This document shows, one piece after another, positions 35,840 to 44,500 of a stretch of DNA of 64,000 nucleotides; the first letter of the stretch is position 1, and each line of letters starts with the position of its first letter. The DNA comes from Acidobacteriota bacterium (GTDB taxonomy: Bacteria; Acidobacteriota; Vicinamibacteria; Vicinamibacterales; 2-12-FULL-66-21): contig JBKPTE010000038.1 of NCBI GenBank assembly GCA_046735335.1, positions 6,707-70,706 of the forward strand. Reading direction: 5' to 3'. The notes beneath the pieces were generated by a model. The model was given only the letters and a program-made list of their open reading frames with translations. It ran no database searches and was not told the DNA's origin. Both the position numbers and the translations under genes were made by a program.

Positions 35840-37830
35840 CGGGTCCATGCCGACTGCATCTCGACGAAGAACGTCCGGATCCCGCGGCGAACGGACAGCA
35901 CGACGGACGGCGGCCGAGACGCCGCGATCTGCGCCATCTTCTGCTGCACGTCCGTCACGCTGGTCACCTTCTCACCGTTGATCGTCAAGATCAGATCGCC
36001 CTCAGCGAGATGGCCGAGCGCCGCCCAGCCGCCCTCGGTCACCGATTCCACGAGCACGCCCTGCCCTTCCGGCCAGCCGCCGCGCTCGCGATCGATCGGC
36101 GACACGTCCCTGACGCGGAACTCGAACGTGTCGTCGTCGTACTTCTTCATCTCGCGCGGAAGCCGCGGCGATGGCTGCAGCTTCACCTGAAGCGTCTGTT
36201 CACGCTCGCCTCTGAGGACCGTCAGCTGGACCTCGGTGCCGATCTTGTACTGGCGGATCGTGGTCGCCAGCAGCTCGCCGTCGCTCGGCTGCGATGCCTG
36301 CAGGCGGTCGTCGTTCACGGCAAGGATGATGTCGCCGACCTGAAGGCCGAGGCCGGCGGAGCCGTTCAGCAACTGCGTGATGCGGAATCCGCTGCGCCCT
36401 TTCGCCTTCAACATCTCCGCAAGCTCCGGCGTCAGCACCTGCGTGTTGATCGGCAGCCATGCCTTGGTGGCCTCGCGCCCCGGATCGTCGAGCGCGGACC
36501 CATTGAGGCTGACCACGGTGAGCAGACGCTCTCCGGAGCGGTCGAAGCCAATCATCGTCGGCACCGCTTCGGGCGATCCTTTCACGGCCTTCTCGAGTGC
36601 GGCGGACAGCGCCTCAACGCCATGGACCGGGGCGCCATCCATTTCCACGATCACATCGTCGTCTTCGAGGGGCGGCTTCGCTTCTGCCGATGCGCCGCCG
36701 GGGCGGACGTCCCGCACACGGACGCCGTCGAGGTCCTTGCGCTTCAGCTCTTTTGCTGACCAGAACGACAGATTCGAGGCCGTGAGCCCCAGCAACGGCA
36801 ATTCCTTGACGGGCGCTTCGACGCTCGCCCGCTCCACAGGCGTCACGTGCAAAATCCTTTCGGAGCCGCCGCGGAGCACGGTCGCGTCGATCCGCTGGCC
36901 GAGCGGCAGGCGCATGACGTACTGATTGAAGATCGGCACTTCCTCGGCAAACTGGACGTCGACGTCGCGGGCACCAAGACGCAGCAGGATGTCCCCGGGC
37001 TGGAATCCTGCCTGTGCGGCCGGCGACCCCTCGATCGTGCTGCCGACGAGCGCGCCCTTCTTCACGGGCGAGCTCTTGAGCCGCGGCTGAATCTCGAGAC
37101 CAATCCAGCTCCGGCGCACGTGGCCGTCCTTGATGAGGGCGGCCGAGACTTCCTTTGCGAGATCCGCGGGAATCGCCCCTGCGAGGCCGAGGCTGATCTC
37201 GTTGATGCCGACGATCTCTCCCTGGAGGTTCACGAGCGGACCGCCCGAGTTGCCGCCGTAAATAGGCGCATCGTGGCCGATCCATCGGACGATGGATCCG
37301 ACGTCCTCGCCGTCGAGCGTCATGCGATTGAAGGGCCAGAACAGGCCCGGCATGATCATCTCCACATTGGAGACGATGCCCATCGTGACCGACTGGGAGA
37401 GGGCGAGTGGGCTTCCGAGCGCGAGGACGGGATCCCCGACCTTCAGCTTCGACACGTCGCCGAACGACGCGACAGGGAACGTGCGCGGCGATCGCGGGCG
37501 CAGCTTGAGGACGGCGAGATCGGAAAGCGGATCAGTGCCGACGAGATCGGCCGGGACCTCTTCGCGCGTCACGAGCGTGCAGGTGATCGCGCGCGTGCGT
37601 CCCGCGACGTGATGGTTCGTGAGAACGTATCCATCGGGGGAGATGATCGTGCCGCTTCCCGCGGCTTCGCGCTTCACCTCGCGCCCCGCCACGTGATCGA
37701 GCGTGACGACGTGGATGCGAACGAGGCTCGGACCGACGCGGGCTATCGCGGCCTGGACGGCGGCTGTCTGCTCAACGGACGCTTGCGTGAGGACGGAGGC
37801 GAGGAGGGCGGCAAGCGGAAGAAAGGTCAC
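35836..37830 (-). CDS. HtrA/DegP-family serine protease with four PDZ-like domains
   Basis: About 664 aa. Catalytic triad context TNHHV, DLAVLK, GNSGGPL. GTG 37830 has AGGAG 6 nt upstream (the TTG at 37836 is less likely). Confidence 0.88.
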   Translation of the reverse strand: MTFLPLAALLASVLTQASVEQTAAVQAAIARVGPSLVRIHVVTLDHVAGREVKREAAGSGTIISPDGYVLTNHHVAGRTRAITCTLVTREEVPADLVGTDPLSDLAVLKLRPRSPRTFPVASFGDVSKLKVGDPVLALGSPLALSQSVTMGIVSNVEMIMPGLFWPFNRMTLDGEDVGSIVRWIGHDAPIYGGNSGGPLVNLQGEIVGINEISLGLAGAIPADLAKEVSAALIKDGHVRRSWIGLEIQPRLKSSPVKKGALVGSTIEGSPAAQAGFQPGDILLRLGARDVDVQFAEEVPIFNQYVMRLPLGQRIDATVLRGGSERILHVTPVERASVEAPVKELPLLGLTASNLSFWSAKELKRKDLDGVRVRDVRPGGASAEAKPPLEDDDVIVEMDGAPVHGVEALSAALEKAVKGSPEAVPTMIGFDRSGERLLTVVSLNGSALDDPGREATKAWLPINTQVLTPELAEMLKAKGRSGFRITQLLNGSAGLGLQVGDIILAVNDDRLQASQPSDGELLATTIRQYKIGTEVQLTVLRGEREQTLQVKLQPSPRLPREMKKYDDDTFEFRVRDVSPIDRERGGWPEGQGVLVESVTEGGWAALGHLAEGDLILTINGEKVTSVTDVQQKMAQIAASRPPSVVLSVRRGIRTFFVEMQSAWTR

Positions 37831-37843
37831 CGGCAACTCCTGC

Positions 37844-38554
37844 CTAACTCCTGCGTGGCGGACGCGCGGGCCTCAGCTCGACGCGGCTTGGCAGGCTTCT
37901 CGGATCGTGTTCGACGAGGTTCACGACGGTGCGCGCCACGTCCTCGGGCGCCAGCTTCCAGTCCGCTTCGCCGCCTACGCCGCGATCGCCGAAGCCGGTG
38001 GAGACCGATCCGGGCATCACGTAACTGACGCGGATGTTGTCGTGCCGCACTTCCTGCATCAGCGCCTCGCTGAACGCGTTCAACCCCGATTTCGAGGCGC
38101 AGTAAGCCGCCGCGCCAGCAAACGCGTTCTTGCCGGCAAGGCTGCTGATGTTGATGATCCAGCCGCCGCCGCGGCGCCGCATCTCGGGAATGGCGGCACG
38201 GCTGCAGAAGAACGGCCCGCTCAAATTCGTCTCGATGACCCGGTGCCACTCGTCGACGCTCATGTCCGCGACGTTGACGAAGCGGCCGATGCCCGCGTTG
38301 TTGACGAGGACGTCGAGACCTCCGAAGCGTTGCACGGTTTCCGCGACCAGGCGCTCCGCATCAGCGGGCACGCTGACGTCGGCACGTACCGCGAGCGCGT
38401 TCGCGTCGCCGCCAAGCTGCTGCTGCGCCCGGCGCAGCTCCGCCTCGCTTCGCGCCGAGAGCACCGCTTTCATGCCCCGATCGACGAACGCCCTCGCGAT
38501 GGCAAAGCCAATCCCCTTCGACGCACCCGTGACGATGGCGACTTGCGAACTCAT
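37844..38554 (-). CDS. SDR family oxidoreductase
   Basis: ATG 38554 gives MSSQVAIVTGASKGIG. Motifs NNAG and YCASK. Confidence 0.88.
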   Translation of the reverse strand: MSSQVAIVTGASKGIGFAIARAFVDRGMKAVLSARSEAELRRAQQQLGGDANALAVRADVSVPADAERLVAETVQRFGGLDVLVNNAGIGRFVNVADMSVDEWHRVIETNLSGPFFCSRAAIPEMRRRGGGWIINISSLAGKNAFAGAAAYCASKSGLNAFSEALMQEVRHDNIRVSYVMPGSVSTGFGDRGVGGEADWKLAPEDVARTVVNLVEHDPRSLPSRVELRPARPPRRS

Positions 38555-38597
38555 GGGCCCTGATCCTATCGCGAGAACGATACAATATTGCGCCTCA

Positions 38598-39419
38598 GTG
38601 TCGACGATAGCGGTGATTGGAGCCGGTCCGGTCGGCGGCGCGCTCGCGCAGAAGCTGGCCAGCCGCGAGGGCGTGCGCCTCGTCACGCTGATCGATCCGC
38701 AGGGACACGTTGCCCAGGGCAAGGCGCTCGACATCCTCGAGTCGTCCGGGGTCGACGGCTTCACCACCCGGGTGATCGGCGCAGAGGTCGTGACGGCGGC
38801 GGCAGGCGCGGACGCGATCGTTCTGGCGGATCTTGCAGCGGCAGGCGAGATCTCGGGCGAGAGCGGGCTGTCGCTGGTGGCTCAGCTCCTGCGCGTCGAG
38901 CAGGCGGCGCCCATCGTCTTCGCCGGCGGCGGCCAGCGCGAGCTGATGTTGCGCATCTCGTCAGAGCTGCACGTCACCGCGAGGCGCCTGATCGGATCCG
39001 CGCCGCTCGCGCTCGAATCGAGCGTTCGGGCGGTCGTGGCAGCGCTTCTGGATGCGAGTCCGTCCGATCTTTCCATCGGCATCGCGGGCGTACCGCCGCG
39101 CGACGCCGTGATTGGGTGGGACGCCGCAACCGCATTCCACCAGCCGATTGCGGCCGTGCTGGCGCCGCATCACATGGCGGCGGTCTCCGGGCGCATTCCC
39201 GCGCTCTGGCCTCCTGCACCGTACACGCTTGCGAGTGCCGGGGCGCGCGTTGCTGAAGCTGCGGCGCTCGGCTCGAGACGGCGATACACGTGCTTCGCGG
39301 TCGTCGGCCGAGCCGTTGCAGCCGTGCCGGTAATGATTTCGCGCGGGGGTATGGAGAGCGTTCTCGAACCGGCGCTCAGCCGGCATGAACGCACGGTGTT
39401 CGAGAATGGGTTGAGATGA
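38598..39419 (+). CDS. malate/lactate dehydrogenase-fold protein lacking catalytic residues
   Basis: 273 aa from GTG 38598. Rossmann IAVIGAGPVGG and GKALDILE are retained. The positions of the substrate Arg residues and the catalytic His (GGHGD) read AAAGEISG and GVPPRD. TACAAT lies at 38581-38586. Confidence 0.65.
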   Translation: MSTIAVIGAGPVGGALAQKLASREGVRLVTLIDPQGHVAQGKALDILESSGVDGFTTRVIGAEVVTAAAGADAIVLADLAAAGEISGESGLSLVAQLLRVEQAAPIVFAGGGQRELMLRISSELHVTARRLIGSAPLALESSVRAVVAALLDASPSDLSIGIAGVPPRDAVIGWDAATAFHQPIAAVLAPHHMAAVSGRIPALWPPAPYTLASAGARVAEAAALGSRRRYTCFAVVGRAVAAVPVMISRGGMESVLEPALSRHERTVFENGLR

Positions 39420-39423
39420 AGAA

Positions 39424-39507
39424 GGCGGGTCTGAGAGACCCGCCCTACAGTAGGCCGGGTCTCTTAGAGCCGGCGCGCATCAATAGGCCGGGTCTCTTAG
39501 ACCCGGC
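39424..39507. repeat. three tandem REP-like hairpin elements (GGC(C/G)GGGTCT..AGA(C/G)CCGGC)
   Basis: Copies at 39424-39450, 39453-39474 and 39486-39507, between convergent genes. Confidence 0.85.
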
Positions 39508-39513
39508 TCCCTA

Positions 39514-40131
39514 TCAGTTCACGATCTCTCGCTCGTGGAGCTCGAGACCGCCGGCGAAGTCCGCGAGGTGCTGACGCAGGATCAAGCGTCCGCGGTGCAG
39601 GCGCGACTTGAGCGTCTGCGGCTTGACGCGAAGCACCGCGCTGGCCTCTTCCGTCGAGAGTCCCTGGATGTCGCGCAGCAGGACCGGCACCCGATAGACC
39701 GGGGGCAGGTGCGTCAGCGCGTCGACCAGCCTCTGGCGCATCTCGGCCCGCATCACCTGATCGTCGGCGAGCGACGTCCAGTCCGCCGGCTCGGGTGTAA
39801 CGTGCTCGGTGGACTCGCTCTCGATCTCCGCGGGCTGCACCTCGGCGGGCCGGCTGAAGCGTGCAGTCCGCAGCCGCGACATCGCGGTGTTGAACGTGAT
39901 CCGATAGATCCACGACGAGAGTGCCGCGTCGCCCCTGAAGGCTTCGATTTTCCGGTAGACCTTCACGAGGACGTCCTGCGCGACCTCTTCGGCATCTTCC
40001 CAGTTCTTCAGATATCGGAAAGCGAGCTGCTGGATCCGCGGGCCGTAGGTCGCCGCCAGGTCTGAAACGGCTGAGGCATCCCTGGCGCGCATGCGGCCGA
40101 TCAGATCGCGTTCGCCGGTGTGCTGACGCAT
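39514..40131 (-). CDS. ECF-type RNA polymerase sigma factor
   Basis: I chose ATG 40131, which has GGAGG upstream. Region 2 (EDAEEVAQDVLVKVY, SWIYRITFN) and region 4 (STEEASAVLRVKPQTLKSRLHRGR) are present. There is no adjacent anti-sigma gene. Confidence 0.85.
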   Translation of the reverse strand: MRQHTGERDLIGRMRARDASAVSDLAATYGPRIQQLAFRYLKNWEDAEEVAQDVLVKVYRKIEAFRGDAALSSWIYRITFNTAMSRLRTARFSRPAEVQPAEIESESTEHVTPEPADWTSLADDQVMRAEMRQRLVDALTHLPPVYRVPVLLRDIQGLSTEEASAVLRVKPQTLKSRLHRGRLILRQHLADFAGGLELHEREIVN

Positions 40132-40232
40132 TCTGTGGCCTCCGTGTAAGTGGAGAACACCGACCGGGGTGGTCTTATTCCCTGAAACCGGCGCGTCAGC
40201 CGTAAGTGACTGGCGCAAATAAACTTGGCGCG

Positions 40233-40865
40233 CTACGGACCGAAAACCCGCCCGAAAGCCGCGGTGACGGCGTCCTCAACCGTATCCATTGGCACCGAGC
40301 GGCCGAGCAGCCGCTCCATGGACGTGACGCTCTTGTCGGAGATGCCGCAGGGGACGATGAGGTCGAAGTCCGAGAGCTGCGTGTTCACGTTGAGGGCGAA
40401 GCCGTGGCTCGTGACCCACCGCGAGATCCGGACCCCAATCGCGGCGAGCTTCGCGTCGCCGACCCAGATCCCGGTGAGCCCGGAAATCCGCGCCGCCGAA
40501 ATGCCGAACGCGGCGACCGCGCGGATCAGCACCTCCTCGAGATCGCGAACGTAGCGATGCACGTCGCAGCGATCCGGCCTGAGGTCGATGATTGGATACC
40601 CGACGAGTTGACCGGGCCCATGATAGGTGACGTCTCCGCCGCGTCCGGTTTCGAAGACGCCGACGCCGCGCGCCGAGAGCGCTTCCGGGGTCGCGATCAC
40701 GTGCGACCGATCGCTGCGCGCCCTCACGCCAAGCGTGATGACGGCGGGGTGCTCGAGGAGCAGCAGTTGATCGCCGATACGGCCGGCTTTCCGATCCTCC
40801 ACGAGGCGCTGCTGGAGCGCCAGCGCCTCCTCGTATTCGACGACCCCGAGCCTCTTTACATCCAT
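40233..40865 (-). CDS. lipB: lipoyl(octanoyl) transferase
   Basis: 210 aa. Motifs RGGDVTYHGPGQLVGY and KLAAIGVR. Confidence 0.92.
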   Translation of the reverse strand: MDVKRLGVVEYEEALALQQRLVEDRKAGRIGDQLLLLEHPAVITLGVRARSDRSHVIATPEALSARGVGVFETGRGGDVTYHGPGQLVGYPIIDLRPDRCDVHRYVRDLEEVLIRAVAAFGISAARISGLTGIWVGDAKLAAIGVRISRWVTSHGFALNVNTQLSDFDLIVPCGISDKSVTSMERLLGRSVPMDTVEDAVTAAFGRVFGP

Positions 40866-42193
40866 GCCTCGTCGAACTGCTCCAGCCGCTCCTTGATGAA
40901 GGAGAGGAAGCGTCCCGCATCAGCGCCGTCGATCAGCCGGTGGTCGTAGCCGAGCGACAGGTGGCACGTCGGCCTGATCGCAATCGCATCGTCCACCACG
41001 ACCGTACGCTTCTCGATGCCGCCCACGCCCAGAATCGCCACCTGCGGCTGGTTGATCAGCGGCAGCCCGTAGACCGCGCCGAAGATGCCCGGGTTCGTGA
41101 TGGTGAAGGTACCCCCCTGCACTTCGTCGGGCGAGAGCCTCTTCGATCGCGCCCGCGACGCGAGGTCCTCGATCGCGCGGCACAGTCCGAGCAGGTTCTT
41201 CTCGTCGGCGTTCCTGATGACCGGCACGATGAGCCCCTGTTCGAGCGCCACGGCAATCCCGAGATTGATGTCTTTCTTGTAGACGATGTTGTCGCCGTCG
41301 ATGGAGGCGTTGGCGATCGGAAACGCACGCAGCGCGTCGACGACGACCTTTGCGATGAGCGCGGTGAAGGAGAGCTTTCCTCCCGCGCGCTCGTACTCGG
41401 CCTTCTTGCGTTCGCGCAGCTGCGAGAGCCGGCCGAAATTCACCTCGTAGACGGAGTAGACGTGCGGAGACGTGTGCGCGCTCAGCACCATGTGCTCGGC
41501 GATCTTCCGGCGCATGATCGTCATCGGGACGATTTCCACGCGATCGCCGGGTCGATACGCCGGTCCGGGCGCGGGCCTGCCCTGAGCGGAGTCGAAGGGC
41601 TTGTCTTCCCTGCCGGACTCGAGAAAGCCGAGGATGTCGTTCTTCGTCACGCGGCCGCTGATCCCGGTGCCGTTGATCTGGCGGATGTCGACGTTGTGCT
41701 CGCGCGCGATCCGCCGTACGAGCGGCGAGGATTTCTGACGACGGAGCTCCTCTTTCGTCAGCGCACCCCCCGAGGGCGCTGCGGCTGGCGCGCTGGACGG
41801 CGCAGGCGTGCGAGGTTGAAGTCCCGCGCGTCCTTCAGCCGTCGCAGTGACGGCTGGCGCGCTCTCCGGTTGCCCGGCCGCGGCTTCGGGCATGGCAGAC
41901 GGCGTGGCGGTGGCCGATTCCGTCGCGGCGGCGGGCGGCGCCGCCGGCCTGGCCCCTGCTTCGCCGATCACCGCGACCACGGAGTTGACCGGAACGGTCT
42001 CGCCCTCCTTGACCTTGATCTCGGTCAGGACGCCGGCGCCGGGCGACGGGATCTCTGCGTCGACTTTGTCGGTGGAGATCTCGAACAGCGGCTCGTCGCG
42101 ATCCACGGCGTCGCCGACCTTCTTGATCCAGCGGACCACGGTTCCCTCGGCGATCGATTCCCCCATCTGGGGCATCACGACGTTGGTGGACAT
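40856..42193 (-). CDS. 2-oxoacid dehydrogenase E2 (dihydrolipoamide acyltransferase)
   Basis: ATG 42193 follows GGAG. Has a lipoyl domain (EISTDKVDAEIPS), an Ala/Pro linker, a subunit-binding domain, and catalytic DHRLIDGA. Confidence 0.92.
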   Translation of the reverse strand: MSTNVVMPQMGESIAEGTVVRWIKKVGDAVDRDEPLFEISTDKVDAEIPSPGAGVLTEIKVKEGETVPVNSVVAVIGEAGARPAAPPAAATESATATPSAMPEAAAGQPESAPAVTATAEGRAGLQPRTPAPSSAPAAAPSGGALTKEELRRQKSSPLVRRIAREHNVDIRQINGTGISGRVTKNDILGFLESGREDKPFDSAQGRPAPGPAYRPGDRVEIVPMTIMRRKIAEHMVLSAHTSPHVYSVYEVNFGRLSQLRERKKAEYERAGGKLSFTALIAKVVVDALRAFPIANASIDGDNIVYKKDINLGIAVALEQGLIVPVIRNADEKNLLGLCRAIEDLASRARSKRLSPDEVQGGTFTITNPGIFGAVYGLPLINQPQVAILGVGGIEKRTVVVDDAIAIRPTCHLSLGYDHRLIDGADAGRFLSFIKERLEQFDEAWM

Positions 42194-42253
42194 CTTTACT
42201 CCGCGGTTCAAAAGGCGGCCGGACCCCGTCGCCTCCATGGCGCGCGTCCGTAG

Positions 42254-43228
42254 TCAGTACTCTACCAGCGACTTGACTCCAGCGACTACCTTGTCGACGT
42301 CCGGCAGAAAGGCCGCCTCGAGTGGCGGAGCATACGGGGGTGGCGCGTCGACGGACGCGATGCGGAGGATCGGCGCGTCCAGATATTCGAACGCTTCTTC
42401 CGCGATGATCGCGGCCAATTCTCCCCCGATTCCGCCGGTGCGGCGCGCTTCGTACAGGAGCAGCGCGCGGCTCGTGCGCGCGACGGATTCGAGAATCGCT
42501 TCGCGGTCGAGCGGCGCCAGCGTCCGCAGATCGAGGACCTCCACGTCGATGCCGTCCTTCTCCAGGCGCGTCGCCGCGTCGAGCGCCGTGTGAACCATTG
42601 CACCGAACGTGATGATCGATGCGTCGGACCCTTTCCTTCGCGTCATGGCTTTCCCGATCGGCACGACGTAATCGCCCGCGGGCACTTCGTCCTTGATCCG
42701 CCGGTAGAGGAACTTGTGCTCGAAATACAGCACCGGGTCGTCGTCACGAATCGCGGCCTTGAGGAGCCCTTTCGCATCGTACGCGGTCGACGGCTCGACC
42801 ATCTTCAACCCCGGCGTGTTCAGGAAGAACGCCTCCGGATTGAGCGAATGAAACGGGCCGCCGCCGACGCCGCCGCCGCAGGGTCCCCGGACCACTATCG
42901 GCACGCCCGCACCGTTGCGGTAGCGGCTCGTCGCGGCGAAGTTGGTCAGCATGTCGAAACAGCAGGCGATGAAGTCGATGAACTGAATCTCGCACACCGG
43001 CCGCATGCCCATGTAGGATGCGCCTAACGCCGCGCCGACGATCGCGATTTCCGAGATGGGGGCGTCGATGACGCGCGCCTCGCCGAACCGCTGGTGCAGG
43101 CCTTCGGTGGCCTTGAACGCGCCGCCATACACGCCGACGTCCTCGCCCATGACGAAAACGCGCTCGTCCGCGTCCATCTCTTCGAAGAGCGCCTGGCGAA
43201 TGGCTTCGAGATAGCTGATGACTGGCAT
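42254..43228 (-). CDS. 2-oxoacid dehydrogenase E1 beta subunit
   Basis: 324 aa with typical transketolase-like Pyr/C-terminal domains. Confidence 0.92.
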   Translation of the reverse strand: MPVISYLEAIRQALFEEMDADERVFVMGEDVGVYGGAFKATEGLHQRFGEARVIDAPISEIAIVGAALGASYMGMRPVCEIQFIDFIACCFDMLTNFAATSRYRNGAGVPIVVRGPCGGGVGGGPFHSLNPEAFFLNTPGLKMVEPSTAYDAKGLLKAAIRDDDPVLYFEHKFLYRRIKDEVPAGDYVVPIGKAMTRRKGSDASIITFGAMVHTALDAATRLEKDGIDVEVLDLRTLAPLDREAILESVARTSRALLLYEARRTGGIGGELAAIIAEEAFEYLDAPILRIASVDAPPPYAPPLEAAFLPDVDKVVAGVKSLVEY

Positions 43229-43235
43229 GGTTCTT

Positions 43236-43297
43236 CTTCCGCCTGAAGGCGGAAGCTACGGGTCTCAAGCTTCGTGGCTTCCGCCTTCAGGCGGAAG
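43236..43297. repeat. twin 20-nt palindromic hairpins CTTCCGCC-(TGAA/TTCA)-GGCGGAAG
   Basis: Copies at 43236-43255 and 43278-43297. One holds the E1alpha stop codon in its loop and the other sequesters the E1beta SD. Confidence 0.85.
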
Positions 43298-44348
43298 CGA
43301 ACGGCGACCGCACGAACTCAATCTTCGGCATCGCGTACTCATCGCCCGCGTACACGCCGCGGCCGACCGATGTGGGATCCGGCATCGGCTCGGCCGCCGC
43401 GAGATCCGCTTCGGACGCCGCATACTCGTGCGCCATCCTGTCGATGTGCTCGATCTGCTTCGGCGTTGCCGCGCTCCGGTCGGTGAGCACGCGCGCAAAC
43501 CGCGGCAGGGGGTCCTTTGCGGTCCACTCCTCCAGCATCTCCTTCGGCACGTAGCGCGCATCGTCGTGCTGCGCGTGGCCGAGCATGCGCATCGTATCGA
43601 TGCCGATGAGCGCAGGGCCTTCACCACGGCGCGCGCGGTCCACGAACCGCTTCGCCACGTCGTACACGGCCAGCATGTCATTACCGTCGACCATCTGGTG
43701 AGGCATGCCGTACGCGGCGGCCCGCTCGTCGATGTGGCGAATCGCCATCTGCTTCGAAATCGGCGTCGAGTACGCGTACTTGTTGTCCTCCGCCACGACG
43801 ACGAGCGGAATCTTCTGCACGGCCGCGAAGTTCATCCCTTCGTGGAACGCTCCGGTGCTCGTCGCGCCGTCGCCAATCCACGCCATCGCGACGCGCGGCT
43901 CCGAGCGGGGCTTACGCATGCGTGACCCCATCGCGATCCCTGCAGCCACGGGAATCGAGTCGCCCAGCATGCTGATCGGCCCGACGACGACGGGTTCATC
44001 CGCATCTTCGTCCGGAAGGTGGACGATGTGGATGTTGAGATCGCGGCCGCGCGAGTTGCTGGTGCCCTTCGCCATGTACTGGCGGAAGATCTCCAGCGGG
44101 CGCACGCCGATCGCCATCAACGCGCCCATGTTGCGAATCAGCGGAAGGATTGCGTCCCGCCGATTGAGCGCGTAGGCGGTCGCCACCGACTCCCCTTCCT
44201 GACCAAGACTTCGATAGAGCCCGCCGACGACCTTGCTCTGGCGAAACAGAATGACGAGCCGTTCCTCCACTCCGCGGGCGAGCCGCGCGAAGTAGTACAT
44301 CTCGAGGAGCTGAGTGCTGGTCAGGGAATCCGATGGAGCGGAAGACAT
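43287..44348 (-). CDS. 2-oxoacid dehydrogenase E1 alpha subunit (TPP-dependent)
   Basis: I prefer ATG 44348 over TTG 44378. TPP motif region GDGATSTGAFHEGMNFA. Confidence 0.9.
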   Translation of the reverse strand: MSSAPSDSLTSTQLLEMYYFARLARGVEERLVILFRQSKVVGGLYRSLGQEGESVATAYALNRRDAILPLIRNMGALMAIGVRPLEIFRQYMAKGTSNSRGRDLNIHIVHLPDEDADEPVVVGPISMLGDSIPVAAGIAMGSRMRKPRSEPRVAMAWIGDGATSTGAFHEGMNFAAVQKIPLVVVAEDNKYAYSTPISKQMAIRHIDERAAAYGMPHQMVDGNDMLAVYDVAKRFVDRARRGEGPALIGIDTMRMLGHAQHDDARYVPKEMLEEWTAKDPLPRFARVLTDRSAATPKQIEHIDRMAHEYAASEADLAAAEPMPDPTSVGRGVYAGDEYAMPKIEFVRSPFASA

Positions 44349-44377
44349 GTCAACCTGCTGATCACGGCCGACGGCCA

Positions 44378-44462
44378 ATCACGAAGATCACGACGCGCAC
44401 GAAGTCCTCTAAAAACAACATGTTGGCTATTCGTAATCTTTGACCTTGGTGATCTTCGTGAT
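44378..44462. repeat. perfect 14-bp inverted repeat ATCACGAAGATCAC / GTGATCTTCGTGAT with a 57-nt spacer
   Basis: Arms at 44378-44391 and 44449-44462. The spacer contains the palindrome CAACATGTTG. Lies between lpd and the E1alpha gene. Confidence 0.85.
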
Positions 44463-44500
44463 CAAGCGTCGACCGTGATGCTCGTCGCCTGGCGGGTCCT

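Noticed and set aside
40132-40232. Autoregulated ECF-type promoter (GGAAC-N16-CGT-like) upstream of the sigma factor gene.
   Set aside because: A GGAAT...CGGT arrangement can be forced, but both spacing and sequence are ambiguous. I cannot support it without TSS data.
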